Below are positions 36,018 to 50,642 of a DNA stretch of 64,000 nt, piece after piece (the stretch's first letter is position 1; each line of letters opens with the position of its first letter). The notes beneath the pieces are model-generated. The model did no database searches, had not been told where the DNA came from, and saw nothing but the letters and a program-made list of their open reading frames with translations. This DNA is from an uncultured Actinomycetota bacterium (GTDB taxonomy: Bacteria > Actinomycetota > Actinomycetes > Propionibacteriales > Nocardioidaceae). The stretch lies in contig CAVXBM010000016.1 in the NCBI GenBank assembly GCA_963759965.1, positions 65,033 through 129,032 on the forward strand, written 5' to 3'. Both the position numbers and the translations under genes were made by a program.

Positions 36018-36650
36018 TCACGAAGGCCGGACCACCACGAACCGACGGGGCTCGACGCCCTCGGAGTCCGAGACGAGGCCGGCGCCGGCGACGACGTCGT
36101 GGACGACCTTGCGCTCGAACGGCGTCATCGGCTTCATCGACACGGGCTCGCCGGACGACGTGGCCTCCTGCACCGCGTCGCGGGCCAGGCCCTCGAGCAC
36201 CTTGCGGCGCTCGGCGCGGTGCCCGCCGATGTCCAGCATCAGGCGGGAACGCTCCCCGGTCTCCCGGAGCACGGCCAGCCTGGTCAGCTCCTGCAGCGCG
36301 TCGAGCACCTCGCCGTTGCGGCCCACGAGCCGGTCCAGGTCACCGCCGACGATGGACACCGAGGCGCGGTCGCCCTCGACGTCCATGTCCAGGTCGCCGT
36401 CCAGGTCCGCGATGTCGAGGAGCTCCTCGAGGTAGTCCGCGGCGATGTCGCCCTCGCGCTCGAGGATCCCGACGTGCTCGCCGTCGTCCTCCTCGTCCGC
36501 CTCGTCCTCCTGGTCCTGGTCCTCCTGGTCCTCGTCCTCGGCGGGCGCGGGCTCCTCGGCGGCTTCCTCGAGCGTCGCCTCCGGGGCCTCCGCCGGGGCG
36601 CTCTCCGGCGCCTCCGGGGTCTCGGTCACGTCGTCGGTGGTCTCGGTCAC
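36018..36650 (-). CDS. jag: Jag/KhpB-type KH + R3H RNA-binding protein
   Basis: Acidic N-terminus, KH-like ..VSIVGGDLDRLVGRNGEVLDALQELT.., and R3H C-terminus ..FERKVVHDVV... Confidence 0.88.
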   Translation of the reverse strand: MTETTDDVTETPEAPESAPAEAPEATLEEAAEEPAPAEDEDQEDQDQEDEADEEDDGEHVGILEREGDIAADYLEELLDIADLDGDLDMDVEGDRASVSIVGGDLDRLVGRNGEVLDALQELTRLAVLRETGERSRLMLDIGGHRAERRKVLEGLARDAVQEATSSGEPVSMKPMTPFERKVVHDVVAGAGLVSDSEGVEPRRFVVVRPS

Positions 36651-36692
36651 GGGTGTCTCCTGCTTCCTCGGTGTCTCAGGTCGGGGGTGGGC

Positions 36693-37709
36693 TCAGCCGC
36701 CGGCGGCGGCGGGACCGCCGCTCTCGTCCGGCTTCGGCTTGCCCTGGGGTGGGCGGCCCTGGCCCTTCTTGCGCTGCTCGCGGGACTGCTTCTTGGGCTG
36801 CTGGCGTCGCGCCGCCGGGGGCGGGGTGTCGACGGCCGTGGTCGTGGTGCCCGTCTCGGCCTGCGGCTCGGGCTCGCCGCGGCGGACGCGGCGGTCCTTG
36901 TCGCGCTGCTCCTTCGCCTTGAACGCCGGGGTGCCCGGCGCCGGGTTGCGTCGGATCACGTAGAACTGCTGGCCCATGGTCCACAGGTTCGAGGTGGTCC
37001 AGTAGAGGAGCACGCCGATCGGGAAGGCGATGCCGCCGATCGCGAAGACCACGGGCAGGATGTACAGCAACATCTTCTGCTGCTGGGCGTACTGACCAGT
37101 CATCGCGTCCGCAGGCATGTTCTTCGTCATCAGCTGGCGCTGTGTGAGGAAGGTCGTCGCGGTCATCGCGATCACCAGGGTGGCCGCCAGGATCTGCACG
37201 TTGGTGCTGGTCGCGCCGGTGAACGTGTCCGCGATCCGCGCCCCGAAGATCCGCGCGCTGGACAGCTGGTCGACCTGGGTCTGGGTCAGGACGCCTCGGG
37301 TGTTGCCGTTCGCCGCCTGGTCGATGAGGCGGAACAGCGCGATGAAGATCGGCATCTGCAGCAGCAGCGGCATGCACGAGGCCAGCGGGTTGGTGCCCGA
37401 GTCCTTGAAGAGCTTCATCTGCTCCTGGGCGAAGCGCTCCCGGTCGTGGCCGTACTTCTCGCGCAGCTCCTTGAGCTTGGGCTGCAGCAGCTGCATGTTG
37501 CGGCTGGACTTGATCTGCTTCACGAACAGCGGGATGAGCGCGGCCCGGATGGTGGCCGTGAGGCCGATGATCGAGAGCGCCCAGGAGGCCCCGGACTTGG
37601 GCCCGAACACCGAGCCGAAGACCATGTGGAAGCCGGACAGGATGACGGAGGTCACGAAGTACAGCGGCGTCATGATGATGCCGCCGAGATCTCCGAGGAA
37701 GGAAAACAC
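36693..37709 (-). CDS. yidC: Membrane protein insertase YidC
   Basis: 338 aa, multi-pass: ..LIPLFVKQIKSSRNMQLLQPKLKELREKYG..NPLASCMPLLLQMPIFIALF... Confidence 0.92.
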   Translation of the reverse strand: MFSFLGDLGGIIMTPLYFVTSVILSGFHMVFGSVFGPKSGASWALSIIGLTATIRAALIPLFVKQIKSSRNMQLLQPKLKELREKYGHDRERFAQEQMKLFKDSGTNPLASCMPLLLQMPIFIALFRLIDQAANGNTRGVLTQTQVDQLSSARIFGARIADTFTGATSTNVQILAATLVIAMTATTFLTQRQLMTKNMPADAMTGQYAQQQKMLLYILPVVFAIGGIAFPIGVLLYWTTSNLWTMGQQFYVIRRNPAPGTPAFKAKEQRDKDRRVRRGEPEPQAETGTTTTAVDTPPPAARRQQPKKQSREQRKKGQGRPPQGKPKPDESGGPAAAGG

Positions 37710-37994
37710 TCAGGCTCCTTGGGTCCGGGTCACACGGTCGGCCGACCGCGGCTGGAGTCGGGTGCGCCACCACGGACGCGTGGCGGGCGGGACCGGGTCG
37801 ACGCCGCCCTCGGCCCACGGGTGGCAACGGCCGAGCCGGCGCACCGCCAGCCAGCTGCCCTTGACGGCGCCGTGCGTGCTCACCGCCTCGAGCGCGTAGG
37901 CCGAGCAGGACGGGTAGTAGCGGCACACGTCGCCGTACAACGGGCTGATGGCGAACCGGTACACCTTGAGCAGCCCGATCAGGACGTACTTCAC
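37710..37994 (-). CDS. yidD: Membrane protein insertion efficiency factor YidD
   Basis: [39 protein letters not shown]. Confidence 0.9.
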   Translation of the reverse strand: MKYVLIGLLKVYRFAISPLYGDVCRYYPSCSAYALEAVSTHGAVKGSWLAVRRLGRCHPWAEGGVDPVPPATRPWWRTRLQPRSADRVTRTQGA

Positions 37995-38368
37995 CGATGA
38001 CCCCCTCGCGCGGCCAGCCTACGCACCGATCGGGCGAGTGCCCGGTCGAGCTCCTCGCCGAGCACGGCGGACGAGGCGCCCGCGGCAGGCGGCAGGGCCC
38101 TGATCACGAGCACACTGCCGTCCGGGACGGAGCTGAGTCTGTCCCGGACGAGGTGGCGCAATCGTCTCTTCACCTGGTTGCGGATGACGGCATTGCCCAC
38201 GGCGCGTCCCACCACGAGCCCGACCCGCACCGGCGACGGCTCCCCGGGTGACTCCGGCTCCGCGGAGCCGAGGTGCACCACCAGGGTCGTCGACCCGGTG
38301 CGGACCCCACCCCGCAGCGCGGTGGTGAAGTCCTGGGACCGGGTCAGCCGGTGCGACCGGTCGAGCAT
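37991..38368 (-). CDS. rnpA: Ribonuclease P protein component
   Basis: 125 aa, basic, beginning [14 protein letters not shown]... 4-nt overlap with yidD. Confidence 0.88.
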   Translation of the reverse strand: MLDRSHRLTRSQDFTTALRGGVRTGSTTLVVHLGSAEPESPGEPSPVRVGLVVGRAVGNAVIRNQVKRRLRHLVRDRLSSVPDGSVLVIRALPPAAGASSAVLGEELDRALARSVRRLAARGGHR

Positions 38369-38413
38369 GTCCGGACCGGATCGGTCAGGAGAGGCGAGCG
38401 ACCGTGGACACCG

Positions 38414-38551
38414 TCAGACGGCGAGACGCTTGCGGCCCTTGGTGCGGCGCGAGGAGAGGATGGAACGGCCGGCGCGGGTGCGCATACGCAGGCGGAAGCC
38501 GTGCGTCTTGGCGCGGCGGCGGTTGTTCGGCTGGTACGTACGCTTGCTCAC
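38414..38551 (-). CDS. rpmH: 50S ribosomal protein L34
   Basis: GTG 38551 is preceded by GGAGAAG. The 45-aa product is [45 protein letters not shown]. Confidence 0.95.
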   Translation of the reverse strand: MSKRTYQPNNRRRAKTHGFRLRMRTRAGRSILSSRRTKGRKRLAV

Positions 38552-38798
38552 GAGCTTCTCCGGAGGTCGGTGATGGGGAGTCGGTGGCGACCAGGGGGTG
38601 CTCAGCACTCCGAATGTGGAGGTCCGGACAGGCGGCACCGGCCGACCCGGTCGACCTCCCTACGGTACGGGAGCGGTCTGAGCAGGGTCAAACCGGACCG
38701 ATCCGGACCTGCAGCCGTGTGTCGGACCCCCTCGTCGGCGTGCCGCCCCGCCGGCCCGGACACATGGGGGAAATAGGGCTTTCAGGACCCTTCTAGCC

Positions 38799-38956
38799 TG
38801 TGGAGAACTCCTTGATCCACAGGCTGGAGGCTTGTTAGCGTCAGCCTCTCCCGAGGTTCCCCCACGGTTTTCCCCACGTCCACGACACCGTGCTTCGGGC
38901 GGTCCTTTACCAGACGTCCCACACCGTGCACAACCTGTGGATAAAGGTGTGGAGGA
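38799..38956. promoter_or_regulatory. DnaA-box cluster upstream of dnaA (autoregulatory/origin-flanking)
   Basis: TGTGGAGAA 38799-807, TGATCCACA 38813-821, TGTGGATAA 38936-944 (perfect), TGTGGAGGA 38948-956. Confidence 0.65.
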
Positions 38957-38990
38957 CCACCATCTCTGGCCCTGGGCCACGGGATCGACC

Positions 38991-40514
38991 ATGCATGCGA
39001 CGGGGCCGGCGACGGCCCAGACAGGACACCTGGTGACCTTCGGAGGAGATGCGGCCGCGGCACGACCTCGCGACCCGGACGACCTGCCCACGCTCTGGCG
39101 TCAGCTCCTCGACGACCTGCCTCCTGCCCAGCGCGCCTGGCTCGAGGCCAGCGTCCCGCGGGGGGTCCACGAGAGCACGGTCCTGGTGGCCGTCGGCGAC
39201 GAGTTCACCCGCTCGAGGATCGACGGCCGGGTTCGCACCCGGCTCGAGGACGCCCTCAGCACCGCGTTCGGCACCTCGCTGCGCCTCACGTTCACCGTGG
39301 AGCCGGGGCTGCCGGTCCGCACCGCCGAGGAGGTCGAGGGGTTCACCGCCGAGTCGTCGTACACCCCGGATGTCGACAAATCGACAGATACCTTTCCCGA
39401 CTCGTCGACAAAGCGACTTGTGCAGGGATCCCCGACCGCGCCGACGTTCGGCGCCCGGCCCACCTCGAGCGCCGTCGAGACCCGGCTGAACCCGAAGTAC
39501 GTCTTCGAGACCTTCGTCATCGGCTCGTCCAACCGCTTCGCGCACGCGGCGGCCGTCGCCGCGGCCGAGGCACCGGGCAAGGCCTACAACCCGCTGCTCA
39601 TCTACGGCGACAGCGGGCTGGGCAAGACCCACCTGCTGCACGCGATCGGCCACTACGTCCGCAGCCTGGTGCCGGGCGCCCGGGTCCGCTACGTCTCCAG
39701 CGAGGAGTTCACGAACGAGTTCATCAACTCGATCCGTGACGACAAGACCTCGACGTTCCACCGCCGCTACCGCGAGGTCGACGTCCTGCTGATCGACGAC
39801 ATCCAGTTCCTGGAAGGCAAGATCCAGACGCAGGAGGAGTTCTTCCACACGTTCAACACGCTCCACAACGCGAGCAAGCAGATCGTGATCACCTCCGACC
39901 GCCCGCCCAAGCGGCTCGAGGCGCTCGAGGACCGGCTCCGCAACCGGTTCGAGTGGGGCCTGATCACCGACGTGCAGCCGCCGGACCTCGAGACCCGCAT
40001 CGCGATCCTGCGCAAGAAGGCCGCCCTGGAGCGGCTGACCGCGCCGCCGGACGTGCTGGAGTTCATCGCCTCGAAGATCCAGACGAACATCCGCGAGCTC
40101 GAGGGCGCCCTCATCCGGGTCACCGCCTTCGCCAGCCTCAACGACCAGCCGGTCGACCTCACGCTCACCGAGATCGTGCTCAAGGACCTCATCCCCGAGG
40201 GCACCGAGCCCGAGATCACCGCGAGCCTGATCATCGCCCAGACCTCGTCGTACTTCGGGCTCTCGATCGACGACCTCTGCGGCCCGAGCCGGTCGCGCAA
40301 CCTCGTGGCCGGTCGCCAGATCGCGATGTACCTGTGCCGTGAGCTGACCGACCTCTCCCTGCCCAAGATCGGACAGCAGTTCGGCGGCCGCGACCACACC
40401 ACGGTCATGTACGCCAACAACCGCATCCGGGCCGAGCTCGCCGAGCGTCGCAGCACCTTCAACCAGGTCACCGAGCTGACGAACCGGATCAAGCAGCAGG
40501 CCCGTCAGGGATGA
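38991..40514 (+). CDS. dnaA: Chromosomal replication initiator DnaA
   Basis: Walker [21 protein letters not shown], and C-terminal DNA-binding [11 protein letters not shown]. The start is uncertain (ATG 38991 or GTG ~39033). The ORF is open from 38832, but that part holds the DnaA boxes. Confidence 0.93.
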   Translation: MHATGPATAQTGHLVTFGGDAAAARPRDPDDLPTLWRQLLDDLPPAQRAWLEASVPRGVHESTVLVAVGDEFTRSRIDGRVRTRLEDALSTAFGTSLRLTFTVEPGLPVRTAEEVEGFTAESSYTPDVDKSTDTFPDSSTKRLVQGSPTAPTFGARPTSSAVETRLNPKYVFETFVIGSSNRFAHAAAVAAAEAPGKAYNPLLIYGDSGLGKTHLLHAIGHYVRSLVPGARVRYVSSEEFTNEFINSIRDDKTSTFHRRYREVDVLLIDDIQFLEGKIQTQEEFFHTFNTLHNASKQIVITSDRPPKRLEALEDRLRNRFEWGLITDVQPPDLETRIAILRKKAALERLTAPPDVLEFIASKIQTNIRELEGALIRVTAFASLNDQPVDLTLTEIVLKDLIPEGTEPEITASLIIAQTSSYFGLSIDDLCGPSRSRNLVAGRQIAMYLCRELTDLSLPKIGQQFGGRDHTTVMYANNRIRAELAERRSTFNQVTELTNRIKQQARQG

Positions 40515-40914
40515 CGAATTCCTGGGGAGCACGCTGTGCACGAACCGGCTCCACCTCGGGACGGGCTGTGGAGAACTACAGCAACCCGGTCGGAACGTGT
40601 CGTTCGCTCCCCAGGTCCGCCGTCACGACGGGGCGGTCGTCCACACCCCCGGTGGACACGAATTCGGGGGCTGACCTGGGCGGACACCGGTTGTCCACAG
40701 TTTCCACCGTTGCTACGACTACGACGAGAATTCAACTCTCCGGATCACTCGTGAATTCGTCCTGGGCGCCCTTCCTGGGGACAACGCCTCGAGCACAGGC
40801 GTGCGCTCTCCCGATTGTCCGGGCCTCGTGGCAGGATTCAGGTCCGCACGCGCGTGCGGCGTTCGTCCCATCACCGGGTGTCCGCGTGCCCCGGTCGAGC
40901 AGGAGGCACCTCCC
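40515..40914. promoter_or_regulatory. oriC: oriC candidate (dnaA-dnaN spacer)
   Basis: Perfect TTGTCCACA 40691-699, TGTGGAGAA 40567-575, TCGTCCACA 40637-645, GTGGACAC 40652-659. Lowest-GC patch at ~40725-40762. Four GAATTC sites. Confidence 0.7.
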
Positions 40915-42063
40915 GTGAAGTTCCGCGTCGAGCGCGACGTCCTCACCGACGCCGTGGCCTGGGCTGCCCGCAGCCTCCCGGTCCGTCCGAGCGTCCCCGT
41001 GCTGGCCGGCCTCATGATCGAGACGGCTGACAGCGGCGACGGGCTGGTGCTGTCCACGTTCGACTACGAGACCTCCGCGCGTGCCTCGATCCCGGCCTCC
41101 GTCCAGGACGAGGGGCGGGCCCTGGTCTCCGGCCGGCTGCTCGCCGACATCTGCCGCAGCCTGCCCGCCAAGCCCGTGGACATGGCGATCGACGGCTCCA
41201 AGGTGGTGCTGACCTGCGGGTCTGCCAAGTTCACCCTCCAGACGATGCCCGTCGACGAGTACCCCACCCTCCCGGCGATGCCGGAGGCGACGGGGTCGGT
41301 GAGCAGCGACGCCTTCGCCCAGGCGGTCGCCCAGGCGGTGACCGCTGCGGGCCGCGACGACATGCTCCCCGTGCTGACCGGTGTGCGCATCGAGATCCAG
41401 GGCAGCGACCTGTCGCTGCTCGCCACCGACCGGTTCCGGCTCTCCCTGCGCGAGCTGGTCTGGGACCCGCAGCCGACCGACGTCGAGGCCAACGCGCTCG
41501 TGCCGGCCCGGGTGCTCGCCGACACGGCGAAGGCACTCACGGCGGGCTCGCGCGTCACCATCGCGCTGGCCGGCTCGGGCGCGGGTGACGGGATCATCGG
41601 CTTCGAGGGCGAGGTGGCCGGCGGCTACCGCCGTACGACCACACGACTGCTCGACGGCGAGTTCCCCCGCGTGCGGACCCTCTTCCCGGCGGAGCACGCG
41701 ACCACGGCCCGGCTCAACCGCACCGAGCTCGTCGAGGCGGTCAAGCGCGTCTCGCTGGTCGCCGAGCGCAACACCGCGGTCCAGCTGAAGTTCGACGACA
41801 ACGGTCTCACCCTCGACGCCGGCCACGGCGACGAGGCGCTGGCGACCGAGCTGATCGACGCCCAGGTCAAGGGCGAGGGCATCACGACGGGTTTCAACCC
41901 GCAGTTCCTGCTCGACGGCCTGACCGCGATCGAGGCGCCGGTGGTCGAGCTGGCCTTCACGCAGGCGTCGAAGCCTGCCGTCATCACCGGCGTGCCGGAC
42001 CTCGACGGGGAGAAGGACACGGACTTCCAGTACCTCCTCATGCCGCGCCGCCTGCTCAGCTGA
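40915..42063 (+). CDS. dnaN: DNA polymerase III beta sliding clamp
   Basis: GTG 40915 is preceded by AGGAGG. Begins VKFRVERDVLTDAVAWAARSLPVRPSVPVLAGL... Confidence 0.93.
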   Translation: MKFRVERDVLTDAVAWAARSLPVRPSVPVLAGLMIETADSGDGLVLSTFDYETSARASIPASVQDEGRALVSGRLLADICRSLPAKPVDMAIDGSKVVLTCGSAKFTLQTMPVDEYPTLPAMPEATGSVSSDAFAQAVAQAVTAAGRDDMLPVLTGVRIEIQGSDLSLLATDRFRLSLRELVWDPQPTDVEANALVPARVLADTAKALTAGSRVTIALAGSGAGDGIIGFEGEVAGGYRRTTTRLLDGEFPRVRTLFPAEHATTARLNRTELVEAVKRVSLVAERNTAVQLKFDDNGLTLDAGHGDEALATELIDAQVKGEGITTGFNPQFLLDGLTAIEAPVVELAFTQASKPAVITGVPDLDGEKDTDFQYLLMPRRLLS

Positions 42064-42104
42064 CCTGAGCAGCTCCAGGCTCCACACCCTCAGAAGGGCA
42101 GCAC

Positions 42105-43031
42105 ATGGACATCGGGCTCGTCGGTCTCGGCAAGATGGGCGGCAACATGCGGGAGCGCATCCGCCGCGGTGGTCACACGGTGCTGGGCTTCGACCGCAAC
42201 CCCGACCTGCGTGACGTCGAGTCGCTCGAGGCGATGGTCGAGCAGCTGCCGAGCCCCAAGGTCGTCTGGGTGATGGTCCCGGCCGGTGGCCCGACCCACG
42301 AGACCATCGCGACGCTCGGTGACCTGCTCGGCGAGGGTGACGTCGTCATCGACGGCGGCAACTCGCGCTGGACCGACGACGAGGCGCACGCGGCCCACCT
42401 GAAGGAGAAGGGCATCGGCTTCGTCGACTGCGGCGTCTCCGGCGGCGTGTGGGGCCTCGACAACGGCTACGCGCTCATGGCCGGCGGCTCCGAGGAGGAC
42501 ATCGCCAAGGTCCAGCCCGTCTTCGACGCGCTCCGCCCCGAGGGCGACTTCGGGTGGGTGCACGCCGGCCCGGTCGGCGCCGGCCACTTCTCCAAGATGG
42601 TGCACAACGGCATCGAGTACGCCGTGATGCAGGCCTACGCCGAGGGCTACGAGCTGCTCCAGGCCGTGGACAACGTCGAGAACGTCACCGAGGTCTTCCG
42701 CTCGTGGCGCCAGGGCACCGTGATCCGCTCCTGGCTGCTCGACCTGCTCGTCAACGCGCTCGACGAGGACGAGGGTCTCGAGAAGATCCGCGGCTACGCC
42801 GAGGACTCCGGCGAGGGCCGGTGGACCGTCGAGGCCGCGATCGACCACGCCGTCCCCGCGCCGGCGATCGCCTCGTCGCTGTTCGCGCGCTTCGCCTCCC
42901 GCCAGGACGACAGCCCGGCGATGAAGGCGGTCGCCGCGATGCGCAACCAGTTCGGTGGCCACGCGGTCCACGCCGACGCCCGCGGAGGCGAGGAGAAGGC
43001 CGCGAAGCCGATGGACGACCACCACGACTGA
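42105..43031 (+). CDS. gnd: 6-phosphogluconate dehydrogenase (decarboxylating), short form
   Basis: MDIGLVGLGKMGGNM.. Rossmann fold and ..HFSKMVHNGIEYAVMQAYAEG... Confidence 0.88.
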   Translation: MDIGLVGLGKMGGNMRERIRRGGHTVLGFDRNPDLRDVESLEAMVEQLPSPKVVWVMVPAGGPTHETIATLGDLLGEGDVVIDGGNSRWTDDEAHAAHLKEKGIGFVDCGVSGGVWGLDNGYALMAGGSEEDIAKVQPVFDALRPEGDFGWVHAGPVGAGHFSKMVHNGIEYAVMQAYAEGYELLQAVDNVENVTEVFRSWRQGTVIRSWLLDLLVNALDEDEGLEKIRGYAEDSGEGRWTVEAAIDHAVPAPAIASSLFARFASRQDDSPAMKAVAAMRNQFGGHAVHADARGGEEKAAKPMDDHHD

Positions 43032-43047
43032 GCAGTCCTCGACCGCG

Positions 43048-44190
43048 GTGTACGTCTCCCACCTGACCCTGCACTCCTTCCGCTCCTACGACAGCCTGGA
43101 CGTGCCGCTCGGCCCCGGGGTCACCGCGTTCCTGGGCAGCAACGGCCAGGGGAAGACCAACATCGTCGAGGCCGTCGACTACCTCGCCCGCCTCACCTCG
43201 CACCGGGTGGCCTCCGACGCGCCGCTGGTCAAGCAGGGTGCGGCGCAGGCGGTGGTCAGGGCAGCAGTCGTCAAGGACGGCCGCACCGCGGTCCTCGAGG
43301 TCGAGATCAACCCGGGCCGGTCCAACCGGGCGCGGGTGAACAAGGCGCAGCTCCCCCGGGCGCGGGAGCTGGTCGGCCTGGTGCGCACGGTGCTGTTCTC
43401 GCCCGAGGACCTCGCCCTGGTCAAGGGCGACCCGTCGGAGCGGCGACGGTTCCTCGACGACCTCATGGTGCTGCGCACGCCCCGGCTGGCCGGGGTGAAG
43501 GCGGACTACGAGCGGGTGCTCAAGCAGCGCAACGCCCTGCTCAAGAACGCGTCCGGGCCCGACCGCCGCCGCGCCCCTGACGAGCACTTCGCCGCCACGC
43601 TGGCGGTGTGGGACGACCAGCTGGTCCGCCTGGGCAGCGAGATCGTCCGGGTCCGCGCCGGTCTCACCGAGGAGATCGGCCCGCTGCTGGCCGATGCCTA
43701 CGCCGCGGTGGCCAAGGACGCCGCCAACACCGAGGCGACGATCCGCTACCAGCCGTCGGTCCCGCTGGGTGACGACGAGCCGGTCGGCGTGCCCGACCAG
43801 GAGACCGTCGAGGGGGCCTTCCGCGCCGAGCTCGAGCGGCGCCGGCGCGAGGAGACCCAGCGCGGCCTCACGCTCGTCGGGCCGCACCGTGACGAGCTGG
43901 CCCTGGCCGTCGGCACGCTGCCGGTCAAGGGCTACGCGTCCCACGGGGAGTCGTGGTCGTTCGCCCTCGCCCTGCGACTCGCGTCCTACGACCTCCTGCG
44001 TCGTGACGGCGACGACCCGATCCTCATCCTCGACGACGTCTTCGCCGAGCTCGACGCGGACCGGCGCGAGCGGCTCGCCGAGATGGTGGCCGACGCCGAG
44101 CAGGTGCTCGTCACCGCCGCGGTCGCCGCCGACGTCCCGTCCGTGCTCCACGGGGCGCGCATCGACGTACGACGGGAGCCGGAGGCATGA
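43048..44190 (+). CDS. recF: DNA replication/repair protein RecF
   Basis: In-frame GTG. VYVSHLTLHSFRSY.. with Walker A GSNGQGKTNIVEA. Confidence 0.92.
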   Translation: MYVSHLTLHSFRSYDSLDVPLGPGVTAFLGSNGQGKTNIVEAVDYLARLTSHRVASDAPLVKQGAAQAVVRAAVVKDGRTAVLEVEINPGRSNRARVNKAQLPRARELVGLVRTVLFSPEDLALVKGDPSERRRFLDDLMVLRTPRLAGVKADYERVLKQRNALLKNASGPDRRRAPDEHFAATLAVWDDQLVRLGSEIVRVRAGLTEEIGPLLADAYAAVAKDAANTEATIRYQPSVPLGDDEPVGVPDQETVEGAFRAELERRRREETQRGLTLVGPHRDELALAVGTLPVKGYASHGESWSFALALRLASYDLLRRDGDDPILILDDVFAELDADRRERLAEMVADAEQVLVTAAVAADVPSVLHGARIDVRREPEA

Positions 44191-44771
44191 GCGACGAGGC
44201 ACCCGAGGACCGCCCGCCCGAGACGCCGGGGCCGGAGGAGCAACCGCACGAGGAGACCGGGCTCGACCTGGCCCGGAGCATCGCCCGCTCGATGGCCGGT
44301 CGCGGCCCGGCCGCCCGCAAGCGCGCTGCCGCCCGCCGCAAGCGGGCCGAGCCTCGGGCGACCGGTGCCCACCCCGACGACCGCGACCCGCAGACCCTCG
44401 ACGCCACGATCGGACGCCTGGTCAGCGAGCAGGGCTGGAACCGCGACCTGCGCATGCACGCCGTGTTCTCCCGCTGGGAGCTGATCGTCGGGCGCGAGGT
44501 GGCCCAGCACGCGACCCCGGTGTCGTTCGTGCCGGGGGAACAGGAGGCCGGGTCGGAGGGCGAGGGCGGTCACGTCGTCGTGCAGACCGACTCGACCGCG
44601 TGGGCGACCCAGATGCGGCTGCTCGCGGCGACGGTCGTGCGGCGGCTGAACGAGGAGCTCGGTCACGGCACCGTCGCCCGGATCGAGGTGCGTGGCCCGG
44701 CCGCGCCGAGCTGGAGCAAGGGCCGCCGTTCGGTCCGGGACGGGCGCGGTCCCCGGGACACCTACGGCTGA
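44187..44771 (+). CDS. DUF721 (DciA-like, Rv0004-position) protein
   Basis: ATGA overlap with recF. Contains ..LDATIGRLVSEQGWNRDLRMHAVFSRWELIVG... Confidence 0.8.
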   Translation: MSDEAPEDRPPETPGPEEQPHEETGLDLARSIARSMAGRGPAARKRAAARRKRAEPRATGAHPDDRDPQTLDATIGRLVSEQGWNRDLRMHAVFSRWELIVGREVAQHATPVSFVPGEQEAGSEGEGGHVVVQTDSTAWATQMRLLAATVVRRLNEELGHGTVARIEVRGPAAPSWSKGRRSVRDGRGPRDTYG

Positions 44772-44799
44772 CCCCTGGGCAGGCGCCTACGCTCCTCCC

Positions 44800-45144
44800 G
44801 TGAACGGATCGGTCACCACCGCAGTCGTCGTGTACGTCGGTGTGGTCGCCCTCCTGGCCCTGGCGGCCGCACTGGGCGCCCCGGTGGAGGCGGCCGCCCG
44901 GTCGGGCTTCGTCATCGCCCAGCTGGGTGTCGCGCTGCTCGTGATCGTCGACCTGGCCACCCTGGTCGGGGGTCACCGCCCCGAGGAGATGGTCACGCAC
45001 ATCGGCTACGCGCTGGCCGCTCCCGCGGTGCCGCTCGTCGTGGTGGGCCCACGCCGGGACGAGCCCACACCGCTCCCCCTCGTGGCCCTGGCGATGCTCG
45101 TGGTCGGCGTGGTCGTCGTCCGACTGGGACAGACATGGGGCTGA
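44800..45144 (+). CDS. Small membrane protein (uncharacterised)
   Basis: In-frame GTG. 114 aa with 3-4 hydrophobic segments and high GC3. Confidence 0.55.
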   Translation: MNGSVTTAVVVYVGVVALLALAAALGAPVEAAARSGFVIAQLGVALLVIVDLATLVGGHRPEEMVTHIGYALAAPAVPLVVVGPRRDEPTPLPLVALAMLVVGVVVVRLGQTWG

Positions 45145-45551
45145 GCACGGGCGGTCGCGTCCTGGTCGCGATGTACGCCGTCTTCGCGCTGGCGGCGGGT
45201 GCCCGGTCGCTCGTGCAGCTCACCACGAAGCTCGACGAGGCACCGGTCGCCTACCTGCTGTCGTTCCTCGCCGCGGTCGTCTACCTGGTCGCCACCCTGG
45301 CCCTCCGTCGGTCGAGCCCTCGGGCCCACCGGGTCGCCGTCACCGCGTGCACCGTGGAGCTCGTCGGGGTGGTGGTCGTCGGCACCCTCTCGCTGGTCGA
45401 CACCGACCTGTTCCCCGACCAGACCGTGTGGTCGGACTTCGGGATCGGGTACGGCTTCGTGCCCCTCGTGCTCCCGGTGGTCGGCCTGCTGTGGCTGTCT
45501 CGTCACCGGCCCGCGGAAGCCCGGGGCGAGGCGCCGCAGGAGCCGTTCTGA
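45135..45551 (+). CDS. Small membrane protein (uncharacterised)
   Basis: 138 aa with 4 hydrophobic segments. 10-nt overlap with the preceding ORF. Confidence 0.6.
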   Translation: MGLSTGGRVLVAMYAVFALAAGARSLVQLTTKLDEAPVAYLLSFLAAVVYLVATLALRRSSPRAHRVAVTACTVELVGVVVVGTLSLVDTDLFPDQTVWSDFGIGYGFVPLVLPVVGLLWLSRHRPAEARGEAPQEPF

Positions 45552-45611
45552 GGGCCGTTCCCCGGTACAGGGACTAGGACGACCCCCTGCGCGTGCCCCT
45601 GAACGGCCCTC
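45550..45611 (+). terminator. 11-bp inverted repeat (GAGGGCCGTTC ... GAACGGCCCTC) with a 40-nt loop
   Basis: Perfect arms starting at the stop codon of the preceding gene. The terminator role is speculative. Confidence 0.35.
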
Positions 45612-45731
45612 ACGGGCCGGGAATCGGGCACATTCGGGCCCTCCTCGGGCTTTTCCCAGGCCCCGGAACTCCGTTTCGCGGCCCTGAGCCGGTACCATGG
45701 ACACTGAGGTCGTTCCCCGTCAGAGACCTGA

Positions 45732-47900
<2,169 letters not shown>

Positions 47901-47942
47901 GGACCCACCCCGTCGTACCGACGAGAGAGATGACTTTCTTCC

Positions 47943-50641
<2,699 letters not shown>

Positions 50642-50642
<1 letters not shown>

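Noticed and set aside
38832-38990. Upstream extension of dnaA (track ORF starts at 38832)
   Set aside because: The extension covers the DnaA-box cluster, including the perfect TGTGGATAA, and has poor codon bias. ATG 38991 or GTG ~39033 is more plausible.
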